A stretch of DNA of 64,000 bases from Eledone cirrhosa (lineage: Eukaryota), in the NCBI GenBank assembly GCA_964016885.1, contig OZ024743.1, positions 37,820,001 to 37,884,000 of the forward strand, written 5' to 3'. Position numbers and translations under genes: made by a program. The notes under the pieces were generated by a model. It was not told where the DNA came from, searched no databases, and was given only the letters and a program-made list of their open reading frames with translations. Below, one piece after another: positions 12,572 to 26,574 of this stretch; the stretch's first letter is position 1; every line of letters begins with the position of its first letter.

Positions 12572-12641
<70 letters not shown>

Positions 12642-12689
12642 ATATATATATATATAATATATACATAATATATATATATACATAATATA

Positions 12690-12725
<36 letters not shown>

Positions 12726-12800
12726 GTATATACATAATATATATATATAATATATACATAATATATATATATATACATAATATATATATATATATACATA

Positions 12801-12837
<37 letters not shown>

Positions 12838-12888
12838 ATATATACATAATATATATATATATATATATATATAAGTATATATATATAC

Positions 12889-12977
<89 letters not shown>

Positions 12978-13009
12978 TAGTATATATATATATATATAAT
13001 ATATACATA

Positions 13010-13100
<91 letters not shown>

Positions 13101-13156
13101 TAATATATATATATATAATATATACATAATATATATATATATATAATATATACATA

Positions 13157-13188
<32 letters not shown>

Positions 13189-13254
13189 ATAAATATATAT
13201 ATATATATATAATATATACATATAATATATACATAATAGATATATATATATATA
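12525..13254. repeat. Compound (TA)n satellite with recurring TAATATATACATAA interruptions
   Basis: Direct reading. The same variant pattern recurs at 18237-18687, 21986-22145 and 22710-24341. Confidence 0.9.
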
Positions 13255-13291
13255 TACGATATTAATAAATTGAAACTATATTTATAAAAGC

Positions 13292-13367
13292 ATATTTATT
13301 TCATTATACATATTTCAGGGATACCAAATTAAATTATGGTATGCCTTCATCAGACAAAATACAATAT
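13292..13367 (-). ncRNA. Hammerhead ribozyme (family A) in the 3' pLTR
   Basis: CTGATGA-AGGCATACCA..TGGTATCCCT-GAAA-TATGTATA with stem I intact and an AUA triplet. Confidence 0.8.
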
Positions 13368-13968
13368 ATAACAGTTTTACAAATAAGCTTTGACGTAACC
13401 TTTTAAAATGCAACCATTATTTTTGGAAGCCATCTGGATAGTGAGTTGTTTATATTATTTTAATAAGTCATAGTGTTAAGGACAATTAGAAAAAGACGGA
13501 GAGAAAGAATAAGACGGAGAGAGAGAAAGAAAAAACCTGGAGAAATATCGGAGAGAGAGAAATGCCTGGAGAAAAAATAAAGAGATAAATAAAGACAGGA
13601 GGAAAGAAAGAAAAAAGAAAAAAGGAAGAAATAAGAAAAAAAGAGGAAAGCAACAGAGAGATATTAAGTCATCAGACAGATAGAAAAACTCAAGAGAGAG
13701 AAATATTATATAGAGAGAGGGGGAGATAATGAAAACTTTACGTCATGTCTTATTAAGTTGAGTTAACAATTTATATGAAATGAATAATAAAAATATAAAT
13801 ATTAATGTTCATGAATGGGACATAAATATATAATATGAGAAATTAAACATTGTTCAATAATGATTATGTGTTTAGTTTAAAACTTGAGATCAATATACCA
13901 AAATTTGGGTTTAATCATCCAAAATAAACACATTGCTAGAGAAATCAGTATCTTAGGCAAAGACACAG

Positions 13969-14002
<34 letters not shown>

Positions 14003-15067
14003 GCACGTCTTGAAAATAGAAATTATATTTACTCAAGTCAACAATATAGACATACAAAACGTAGACGATTTCTCTTAACCACTGCTATAATTCCTTGTGT
14101 TATAAAAAGTTCACAGTATATATACATAAATATATACGATTAACATTCATGTCTTCATATATACGATTACCATTCATGCATTTAACATTCTGTTAAAATT
14201 ATGCATATCTGCAATCAAAACTGCGTGGTTAGGCAACATATCTCTTACCCACACACATACATATACATATATATATATACACATATATATGTATAAATAA
14301 ATATTTGCGTGCGTCTTCCCGCATCGCTCATGTATACTTACAGACATATATACAATCATAAAAAACCTATAACACTTTTATATGCATGTTAATACACACA
14401 TACACATTTGTATAGAGATAATCAAATATCAATATATTACTAAGGATTATACTTTGGAAATATAACTATAATAATTTAAATTTAAAATACCAAAGGATTA
14501 TATTTTGGAAATACAATTATATCAGTTAGTCAAAAGGACAAACGAATTCTAGAAATATCAAAGCATTAAATATCTTTAAAACACTATAGAGTATCTTAAG
14601 TTAAAATAATATGTTTCATATATTTAGTATAGAAATTTATCCTACGTATATGTCAATCAAGATATTGAAAGGGTAGACTTATGAAAATTATGAGAAGCTA
14701 TCAGAATCAAAACAAAACTAATAAAAATAAATAAAAATAAAATAAAAGTTAAATAAATATTATATCAATATAATTTAAAAATTTAAAAATTTAGAAATTT
14801 AAAAAATTTAAAAAAGTTTAAAAAAAAAAAAATTTTTAAATTTAAAAGATTTAAAAAACCCAAGGATTCTACAGATATCCTTATATTTAGTATAGAAATT
14901 TATCTTACGTATATTTTATTTAAGACATTGGAAGTATAGACATTTTAGAGTAGTTTATTATATCTATGTTTATATTTAGGAAGAAAGTTTAAAAAGAAAA
15001 AGGTGAAGGAATCTAATGATTTATCGACAGCTTTCATATATTAACTAAATTACTTAATTAATTATAC

Positions 15068-16690
15068 TACATTTTAAATTTATATTTATATTTAAACGTT
15101 GAGTCCAATCTATGTCTGCAGCAACTGAATAAATTGTTCCTTAAATTAAGGGAATTTTTGGACTTTAATATAAAGAATATTTCTTCAATACAAAGATCAC
15201 AATTTTCTGAAGAGGAATTAAAAGGAGTAGCTTTGTGAAATAATATTTCAAGTCATCGAATATTTAACATTATCTCGTTTTAGGTCCCATAGTAGGCTAG
15301 ATAGCGAAGTTGAAGAATTTTTGTTTGGATCTGTTAAAGAATTTTTATGATTATTGAAGCGAAATTTAAATTCTGTAGAGGTAGAACCAACATAGTTAAA
15401 TGAATTGAAATTAGTTTTAACATTACAATTGTACACTACATTTTTAGCTAAGCAGTTGTTATTTAACGGACAGTTAGATTTATTTCTACAGTTACAGTTA
15501 TTTAATTGAATATTGCTTGGGTTATTATTGGTATTTTGGTTAGGTTTTAAATTTCTATTATTAATTCTATTAATATTTTGTGCTAAATTTTTGGTGGACG
15601 AGTAAGTTAATTTTATAGTGTGTCTATTATAATTGAGTAATATTTATGTGTTCTATGGCAGAGTTTGTCAAGAGCTTTAAAGAATAGTTTAGCAATAGGG
15701 GTTTTAATATTTAGTGAGAAAGGGGGAGCAAACCATAATATATTTCTAGTTCTATTTCTTTTTCGGCTTTTGGAATTATTGTAATGTTTTCTATTATAGT
15801 TGTTAAAGTTGTTACCATAATTAAAATTGTTATTATTTTGGTTAGTTTGCTTATTATTATTATTATCAATGTATTTAATTTTATTTATATATCCAGCTCT
15901 ATCTAACGCTTCGTTGTAATACTGCGCTTTTTCATCAAATATATTTTTATTAGATGAAATTCTTGAAATTCTTTCTTGAACAGAGTTCACTAGTATTTTT
16001 AACAGATCTGGGGTGATTAGAGTTAAAATTAACATAATTCAAGTTCTCGTTTAGTTTGTGAAATGGATAATGAAGACATGTGTTGAAATTTAGTGTTACG
16101 TCACGAAAATTGACTATTTTATGGTTATTCTCTATTTCTACTTTTAGATTAAGGTAATTAAAAAATTGTATAATTTGTTTTCTTTTTCTATTTAGTTCAC
16201 AGCTATTATTTTGTATAAGTAAAAGCATGTCATCACGATATAAGCCTCCGGTTACACCTGGTATTTTTCTATGTAGCGAATTAATTATAAATAGGCCCAC
16301 AAGGTCCGTTACCTGAGCTAAGTCTGATGATCGCATAGTTATGTCGAAATTATTATTTCTATCTGCCCTAGTCCAGAGTTGGTTATTAAATTCTATCAAT
16401 GTTTTCCTTGCCGATAATATAATGTGCATTTCATTGCTAGTTAGGTCTGTATGTTTAAATGCGTAATTTAGTGCCTTATTCAGTAGATTAGGAGTGATAG
16501 ATGAATAGTAGTTAGCAATATCCAGCTGAATAAACTTATTATTATAGTTATATTTAATTTCTTTAAACCAATCGATAACCTCACTAGTCCCTTTCCATAA
16601 TTTTAAGTAAGATAAATTAGGTAAGTTTTTAATTTGTTGTATTACCCTGTCTAGAATATTTTTGCTAAATTTGCCCAGGTCAGATTTGGA
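15068..16690 (-). pseudogene. Penelope-like RT-thumb-GIY-YIG polyprotein, 5'-truncated and frameshifted
   Basis: Motifs QLDIANYYSSI, ITMRSSDLAQVTDLVGLF, GLYRDD, WFAPPFS, CNCRNKSNCPLNNNCL, VVY..NYVGST..FKFRFNNH, and C-terminal CDLCIEE..CRH. Confidence 0.9.
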
Positions 16691-16734
16691 GTAGATACAC
16701 GATATTAATAAATGGAAACTATATTTATAAAACC

Positions 16735-16810
16735 ATATTTATTTCATTATACATATTTCAGGGATACCAAATTAAATTATGGTATGCTTTCATCAGACAA
16801 AATACAATAT
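16735..16810 (-). ncRNA. Hammerhead ribozyme (family A) in the internal pLTR
   Basis: Same motif with an intact core and one stem II substitution. Confidence 0.75.
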
Positions 16811-16961
16811 ATAACAGTTTTACAAATAAGCTTTGGCGTACCCTTGTAAAATGTAACCATTATTTTTGGAAGCCATCTGGATAGTGAGTTGTTTATATTA
16901 TTTTAATAAGTCATAGTGTTAAGCACAATTAGGAAAAGACGGAGAGAAAGAAAAAGACGGA

Positions 16962-17759
16962 GATTTTATTAAACAATTAATAGAAAAATCAGACTCTTTT
17001 ATAAGAAGAATCAGGTGGCGTGCTTTCCCCTTTGATAAATCTAATCTAAATGAAAATGTTTCAAATCTGGATAAAATTTTCAAATCTAAAAAAAATCCAC
17101 CCCCCAACAAACTACTAATGGATTTTGAAAATGATATCGTATCTATCATCGAAGGCATCAAATTAAAAAAAAACTTCAAAGGCCAGGATTACTTAAGAAG
17201 TATTAAGGATAATATGGAAAACTTGGAGAAAACAGAAAAAATTCTAGTGAAGTCGGACAAAACTAATAATCTTTATGGAATACAAAAGGACATTTATAAC
17301 GACCTTATATTGAAAGAACTAAGGAAAAAGTACAAGGTAGCAAATAAGGACGAACTTGAAAAACTGAATACAGATGGATCTTGTATAATGCATGAATTAG
17401 ACATTGAGAATAAAACATAACCCTTCATACCTAGGAAACATAAGATCAATATGAAGGATCACAAAAGAAACTTTGAAAATGATTTACCAGTCAGATTAAT
17501 TGCACCATCTAAATCTGACCTGGGCAAACTTAGCAAAAATATTCTAGACAGGGTAATACAACAAATTAAAAACTTACCTAATTTATCTTACTTAAAATTA
17601 TGGAAAGGGACTAGTGAGGTTATCGATTGGTTTAAAGAAATTAAATATAACTATAATAATAAGTTTATTCAGCTGGATATTGCTAACTACTATTCATCTA
17701 TCATTCCTAATCTACTGAATAAGGCACTAAATTACGCATTTAAACATACAGACCTAACT
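16962..17759 (+). pseudogene. Inverted N-terminal part of the same Penelope-like ORF
   Basis: FIRRIRWRAF, VKSDKTNNLY, MKDHK..PVRLIAPSKSDLGK, QLDIANYY. Positions ~17508-17759 are an inverted duplicate of ~16440-16690. Confidence 0.85.
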
Positions 17760-18035
17760 CTGTTTTTCTTATTTCTTCCTTTTTTCTTTTTTCTTTCTTT
17801 CCTCCTGTCTTTATTTATCTCTTTATTTTTTCTCCAGGCATTTCTCTCTCTCCGATATTTCTCCAGGTGTTTTCTTTCTCTCTCTCCGTCTTTTTCTTTC
17901 TCTCCGTCTTTTTCTAATTGTCCTTAACACTATGACTTATTAAAATAATATAAACAACTCACTATCCAGATGGCTTCCAAAAATAATGGTTGCATTTTAA
18001 AAGGTTACGTCAAAGCTTATTTGTAAAACTGTTAT

Positions 18036-18111
18036 ATATAGTAATTTGTCTGATGAAGGCATACCATAATTTAATTTGGTATCCATGAAATATGTATGAT
18101 GAAATAAATAT
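18036..18111 (+). ncRNA. Hammerhead ribozyme (family A), probably inactive copy
   Basis: Core CTGATGA/GAAA is intact, but the cleavage triplet reads AUG instead of AUA and stem II has an extra mismatch. Confidence 0.6.
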
Positions 18112-18233
18112 GGTTTTATAAATATAGTTTCCATTTATTAATATCGTATATCTACTCCAAATCCTTGTCGAGTGCTTTATTCAGTTATAAAAATATTTAC
18201 TTGTTGTATCCCAACAATTTTAAATAGAACTTT

Positions 18234-18312
<79 letters not shown>

Positions 18313-18330
18313 TATTTATATAATATATAC

Positions 18331-18377
<47 letters not shown>

Positions 18378-18395
18378 TATTTATATAATATATAC

Positions 18396-18441
<46 letters not shown>

Positions 18442-18466
18442 ATATATATATATATATAATATATAC

Positions 18467-18536
<70 letters not shown>

Positions 18537-18600
18537 TATAATATATACATAATATATATATATATATATATAATATATATATATAATATATACATAATAT

Positions 18601-18675
<75 letters not shown>

Positions 18676-18687
18676 TAATATATATAT

Positions 18688-21600
18688 CTAAGGCGGGTAA
18701 AATTCCCGAGATCCATGGACGAGTTCTCTCCAGCGGTCTCTGTCCCTCATTATCGCTGCCATGTCCTGCGTCTCCAACAGACCAGTGTCTGACCTTAGGG
18801 CATCAACATACGTCAACCTTGATCTTCCTCTTCCAGTGTGACCATGTAGGGGCTCCCAAAGGAGCACTGAGTGCAATGTCAACTCTGGATGTCGATGAGC
18901 ATGTCCAGCTAACCTCAGTCTCCTCTGTGTCACTTTTGAGCTGACCTTTAGGATGCTCCCATACAGCTCTGAGTTTTTCATCCTCAGTGTATACTGATTA
19001 ATGTTCAGAGCCATCCTCAGCATTCTCGTGTAGCACCCATCCACGATCTGAGTGAGTTTCTTGGTCAGTGTCCAAGTCTCAGACCCATACAGCAGCACAG
19101 ACTCCACTACAGCAATAAAGAGGCGGATTTTCAGGTCTCTACGAAGGTCCGACTTCCACACCGATCTCAAGCTGTGGCACGCCGCCCAGGCCTTGCTCTT
19201 CTTCTCAACCACATCATCTTCCGTATTCCTGATCTTTGCTCCCAAATACAAGAAGTCCTCAACCAATTCCAGTGGCTTCCCGCCTACGTTAGTGATCCCC
19301 TCTGGCTTTTCAACATTCTCTACCAGATATTTTGTTTTAATCTCATTCATTCTCAGCCCCACACTCATCGACACAGTCTCAACCTCCCGCATCAAATCCT
19401 CTGCCTCCTTCACTGTATCTGTCACCAAAACTATGTCGTCGGCAAATTCAGCATCCGATACCTTTTTCGCCCTAACTCTCCTGCTCTGAGCCGGTGCTAC
19501 AGTAAAGCCAGAGTCCTGGTGTTTCTCCAGTGCAAGGCGCATACAATAGTCCACTACGATGATAAAAAGGTAGGGAGCCAATGTATCTCCCTGGAGCACT
19601 CCAGCCAGTATCTCAAAGAACTCTGTCATCCCATCAGGTGTAATGACTTGGGCTTTGGTGTTGGTGTAGAGCAGTGATATCAGGTCCACTATCTTCTTGG
19701 GGATTCCATAAGCCTGTAAGATCTTCATCAGGCAGTAACAGTCCACAGAATCAAAGGTCTTCCTAAAGTCAATGAAAACCATGGCTGAAGGAAGGCACTT
19801 TGCTCTAGCTCCCTCTAATATCCTCCTCAGCATCAGGATGTGACTGGTGGTTGATCTACCCCTCTGAAGCCGTCCTGGTTGTCCCGAGCTTCTTCTCCAT
19901 CTCAGGCTGGATCCTGTTAAGAATCATCCTGTTGGGGGTCTTTGCCACAAGTGACGTCAGTGAGATCCCCCGGTAGTTGTTGGTGTTAGAGAGATCTCCC
20001 TTCTTTGGCACTGGGACGATGTTACTGATCCTCCACTGATTCGGGGCAACTCCTTTCTCCAGTGCCCCGTTACAGAACCCCAGGATGATATCATCAAAAT
20101 CACACCTCTTCATCACCTCTGATGCCACTCCATCATCTCCATGAGCCTCGTCCTCCTTGATCCTCTTCTTGGCTCTCTGAAGCTCCTCTCTGGTGAAGGG
20201 CTCTGTCTCAACATCCAGTTCCTCAAACAGCCGCCTGATCTATCCAGTGCTCAGGGTGGCTCTCCTAGTAGGGTCCTAAAATGGTCTAGCCATTTCCTCT
20301 TCCTATCCTCGGGCCCCGTTCCCTGGATCTGACTCGAACACCTTCTCTTCCTCCCCGTTATCTCGTTGATGATCATCCAGCTCTACTTACATCCAGATCT
20401 GTCAACCGCTCTCTCCACACTTCTGATCTTCTCTATCAGTGCCTCCTCTCTGACCTCAGTGTAAGCGGTACAGAGCTCTTCCCTCATCACCTCCACAGTC
20501 TCCATCCTCTCCTTCTAGAGAATCAGCATAGAATTGATCCCTGGCAGCTTTCAGGTGTTCTCTGGCTGCACACACTTTTGGGTTTGCAGAGCTGACGTGC
20601 TTCCCTTTGTTCTTTTTCCTCAACACCAGGGTTTCACTTGCTTCCGCCACTGCATTGGTGAAGTGCCCGTACCTCGTCGTCACACTCTCCTCGGTCCATC
20701 CAATCTCTCTCTCCTCTGACTCTCCACACAGAGCACTAAACCTGTTTCTCACTTCCACTGTGAACCTCTCCTGTAGCCTATCATCTTCCTTGAAAGCTCC
20801 CCAGTCATAGATTGTTCTCCGGGGCTGAGCCTTGCTCTTTCTTAAGCTCACGCGGACCTCACTCATAACAAGCCGGTGGTCACTACCCAGTGTACTGAAA
20901 TAGCTGTATGGTTCCGTGTTCAGAACACTATTCCGCCACTTTTTCCCCACCAGAATGAAATCAATCTGGGACTTGGACAGGTGCATATCTGAGATGTAGG
21001 TCCACATCTTCCTCAGATTCTTCCTAAACCCTAGGTTGGTCGCCATCAAGTTCGCCTCCAGCAGGGTGTCTCTCAGTAGTCTTCCATTTCGGTTGGTGTT
21101 GTTATGGAAGTACCAGCAAGGATCTTCACTGCCCTCCTTACTCAGATGTGCATTGAAGTCCCCCAAAACAAGCAGAATATTGTGTGCCTGAGTAGTGTTG
21201 ACAGCTCTACACACCTCCTCATGGAACTCTTCCGCACTCACATCACTGTCCTCCTCGGTTGGACTATAGGCTGAGATGATGGCAGTCTTGGGTTTCCATT
21301 GAAGGTCACCCTCAACACTCGCGGGGAGATAGGCATTATTTCCCTCACCAACAGATTGGTTTTTGTACTGAACACAAAACCCACTCCTACTACTGCAGCA
21401 TTTGTTGTGTTCTTAACTGCCGATGTAGTGATGAGCTGGCTCTTCTTCCCGATCATCACACTCCTCACGGGCTCATCGTGTAGGATCCTGTGTTCTTGGA
21501 TCGCAAGTATCTGTATACCACTCTCCTCGAACAGATTTCCCAACTCCTCTCTCTTCTCCAGCGTCCGAATAGTCCTAACATTCAAAGTGCCCATTTTGAT

Positions 21601-21985
21601 GGCTCTTCTGCAGGACAAAACTGCATTCTTTATATTTGTCTCAGAGACAGCTGATCCATCATCCACTGGCCCTCTCTGTGGCTCTAAGCCAGCAGAGTCA
21701 TAACGACCAGGCTGCTCCTTGACAGTGTAATTAGGGGCTCTAACCCTAGTGCTGTTAGATCGACTCTCCATATTTCTTTTCAATGGCTGACAATACCTTA
21801 CCGGCGCCACTCGAATAAGGTAGTTATTTAACCCATAAATGGAGCCCTAACAGGTACTACCACCCCGGGCCAGGGCAGACCTGGGAGTTATGACAACTAA
21901 GGGGTAACTCCACATTCCCCACATCTCCTGAACTCCCGAACTGGAGTCTTGCCACTGGATGTAGTTTAATGTCATACCCAGGACA
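18688..21985 (-). mobile_element. Full-length RTE-clade LINE (APE + RT), several frameshifts, inserted in (TA)n
   Basis: MGTLNVRT..LAIQEHR, LGDFNAH, SQIDFIL, SDH, NYRGISL, FIDFRKTFDS, QGDTLAPYLF, FADD, RLRLAGH..GRSRLTY. The stop codon abuts the (TA)n tail; 5' UTR is 21811-21985. Confidence 0.93.
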
Positions 21986-22080
21986 TATATATATAATATA
22001 TATATATATAATATATACATAATATATATATATATAATATATACATAATATATATATATATAATATATATATATAATATG

Positions 22081-22125
<45 letters not shown>

Positions 22126-22145
22126 ATATATTTATATATATATAT

Positions 22146-22709
22146 GCAAAAGTTTTATTTAAAATTGTTGGGTTACAACAAGTAAATATTTTATAACCGG
22201 ATATAAAGCACTCGACAAGTTTTTGGAGTAGATATACGATATTAAACAAATGGAAACTATATTTATAAAACCATATTTATTTCATTATACATATTTCAGG
22301 GATAGCATATTAAAAATATGGCATGCCTTCGTCAGATAAAATACAATATATAAGCAGTTTTATAAATAATTTTGACGTACCATAAATATAAGCGACCATT
22401 AAGATAGGAGGTTGGCTTGGTAGTGACGTGTTTATAATTATTTCGTTATAGTGTTACATCCATTTCTTCTTTCTCTCCGTCTTTTTTCTAACTGTGCTTA
22501 ACACTATAACGAAATAATTATAAACACTTCACTACCAAGCCAGCCTCCTATATTAATGGTCGCTTATATTTATGGTACGTCAAAATTATTTATAAAACTG
22601 TTTATATATTGTATTTTATCTGACGAAGGCATGCCATATTTTTAATATGGTATCCCTGAAATATGTATAATGAATTAATATGGCTTTATAATTATAGTTT
22701 CCGTTTAAT

Positions 22710-22710
<1 letters not shown>
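22146..22710. mobile_element. Fold-back pLTR derivative (family A subvariant); arms ~22250-22455 and ~22500-22705
   Basis: ~205-bp inverted arms homologous to the Penelope pLTR, with (TA)n on both sides. Confidence 0.85.
22606..22681 (+). ncRNA. Hammerhead ribozyme (family A variant); opposite-strand copy at 22273-22349
   Basis: CTGACGA-AGGCATGCCATATT-TTT-AATATGGTATCCCT-GAAA-TATGTATA, with compensatory stem II changes relative to 670-745. Confidence 0.8.
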
Positions 22711-24341
<1,631 letters not shown>

Positions 24342-24399
24342 TGGTAAACGGAATAGAAAATGCTGACAAATTGTTCACAGTTGAAAAATGGTTTAATTA

Positions 24400-26552
24400 G
24401 GAATTACAGAGTATTAGTAATTGTAGTAATTGCAGCCAGACTGTAATCATATTCCTCCTAAGTTGTCGCACCTCCCACATCGCAGTTTTGTTGGTTAGAA
24501 GTTGTTCAGCACATCACCAAACCCCTTTCTTTCCAGCTGCTTGTTCATCTGTGATGATGTTATTATTTTCACAGTGATCTTGGGGTAATAGGTTCATGCA
24601 GGCTGTATACATCTTATACATCAGGTTCTGGCATGGAATGGGTCGGTAGTTTTTTGCCAAGTGGGTGTCTTTTTTCTTGGGGACCAGTAATGTTTGTGCT
24701 AATGTCAACCATTCTGGTATAAGTGTATCTCCCTTAAGAACTTGTTGGTAGAGGTCAGTAAGATACCTCCGATAGAATATCAGTTTTTTGTACCAGTAGC
24801 CGACAATCATGTCTCTTCCTGGTGTTTTCTTATCTTGGAGTTTTCCTATCACAGTCTCAAAGGTACCCTCACTTATTTCGTATGTTTTTGTTGTAGTGTA
24901 GGAGCAATAGTTCTTTCGGATTTCTCTTAGCCACACTGCATCTTGGTTGAAATTCTTCTTTTCACCCCATATTTTTCTCCAAAAGGAATCTATGTCTTTC
25001 TGGAATGGGGCCTCAGTGGCACTTATTATTTTGCCCTTCATATCTCTATAGACTGATGTTTGGTTTCGTCTGAATCTTTTATTAAGCACTTTTCTCTCAT
25101 CTACCTTCTTCAGGTATCGGCGTTTTTCGCTAACAGCTCTCAATTCTTATTTGAGGGTGATTAGCTTATATTGGAGAGTTATGGTTCTACTGTTAGCAAA
25201 CATCGTCTCTATTTTATTTTTCACTCTTTGTTGGTGAGGAGTGATGTTTTTTTTTATGTTTGTTTGCATGTAAGGAGCATTGACATATATCCTATGGTTT
25301 TCGTAGGTCAGCATTCTTTTTTCTAGTTTAGTTATATATGATGGTATTTTTGGTGGTGTTTTGTTCTAGTTAATATCTCTGCTATCACCAAGATAATGCT
25401 TCAGTGTCGTTGCTAGGGCATATAAACAGACGTTGATTTGCCAAAATGTTGGGGTTTTTTATTCGTCGTACATATTCATCCCCTATTTCGTCAATAACAC
25501 GTAATATTTCATTATTTGGTTTTTTATTCAACATTGTCGTTTTAACAAGTTCAGAAAGAGAGATATTTATACATTAGTTAATTTCTCACTGGAAGATTTA
25601 GTTGAGGGAATTTTCTATTGTTTATACTCTTGATTATCATCATCGATAGTATTTTCCACAACAGTCGAGGTAGACTCGGATGATACACGTGGTGTCACAT
25701 TTATTCGATTAGTATTATTGGTCGATTGGCAGTATCGGTAGAGAGTAGTACACCATGCTTTGAAGCATAGAGTTACGTCCCGTTATGATCTAAGTTCAAA
25801 TGACGCCGAGGTTAACTTTGCCTTTCATCCTTACGGGATCGATAAAATAAAGTACCAGTAATGTAATGAGTAATTGTGCCTAAAATAGAAACAATTATTA
25901 TTATCAATAGTGTTTTCCCCAGCATTCGAGGTAGACTTAAATGGTACAGGTGGTGTCAAGTTTCTTACAGGCATAGTTGTTTCAAGGCGCTGTTCGACCT
26001 GGCTGCTAGGAATTCTAGTAGCATGGCGACCTGTAGCACGTGTTGTGGATAACATGTTTGTTGTTGGGGACTTACAATTAATAATATTTATCTTATTTTT
26101 ACGTTCAACAAACGTCGCTTGTTAGCATAATTGTATCGGTGTGAAATAATTTAGCTCTGGGTGCATTTCGTCCCAGTGTAGTTTCATTCTATTCAAATCT
26201 TCAATGGAGGGATTGTTTTTGCCATTTTATAACAATTAAATAAATCGTTATTAAGTTCGCAAGAAAAATGCGATTTTTAATTTCGGTTTCTTCTGTAGCT
26301 ACAACTGAATAAAATTGAATACCTTCCTTGTTATTTGTCTTCGGTACTTCCTTAATTGTTTTGTTGGTGTTGTGTTCAGCCTTACTGTTTGTAGCAAATC
26401 CTTGTAAAATGAATTCTGTATTTAGTCGGATATCTCTACGAATTCGAATAAAAGGTGTCCTTTGTGGCATTAGTGTCGGAGATAGTATTCATCTTAAATT
26501 TAATAAATAGTCTCCCACGCCAAAATATGCGACTGATCGCGTTGACTGTCTA
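24400..26552 (-). mobile_element. 5' half of a degraded R4/Dong-type LINE (N-terminal region and start of RT), interrupted by a SINE
   Basis: ORF 24514-25143 has FWRKIW, TPGRDMIVGYWYKKL, PEWL..TLLVPK, NYRPIPC, EQAAGKKG, collinear with the intact element at 31298-34893. Confidence 0.8.
25720..25898 (+). mobile_element. tRNA-derived SINE nested in the R4/Dong-type LINE
   Basis: A-box TGGCAGTATCGG, B-box-like AGTTCAAAT, core GCCTTTCATCCTTACGGGATCGATAAAAT, tail AGAAACAATTATT. Confidence 0.85.
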
Positions 26553-26574
26553 GTATGTATGTATGTATGTATGT

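Larger units (their letters stand above)
13255..18236. mobile_element. Rearranged Penelope-like element (EN+, C-terminal GIY-YIG, possibly Naiad-type) with three pLTR copies and an internal inversion
   Basis: pLTR(-) 13255-~13650; 3' UTR and ORF 3' part on minus to 16690; pLTR(-) 16688-16961; ORF 5' part on plus 16962-17759; pLTR(+) 17760-18236. Flanked by (TA)n on both sides. Confidence 0.9.

Noticed and set aside
15248-15250. In-frame TGA in the Penelope GIY-YIG region as possible selenocysteine (reported for some Naiad elements)
   Set aside because: It falls at a position expected to be Trp (TGG to TGA). All nearby conserved Cys codons are TGY and the copy has other disabling mutations.
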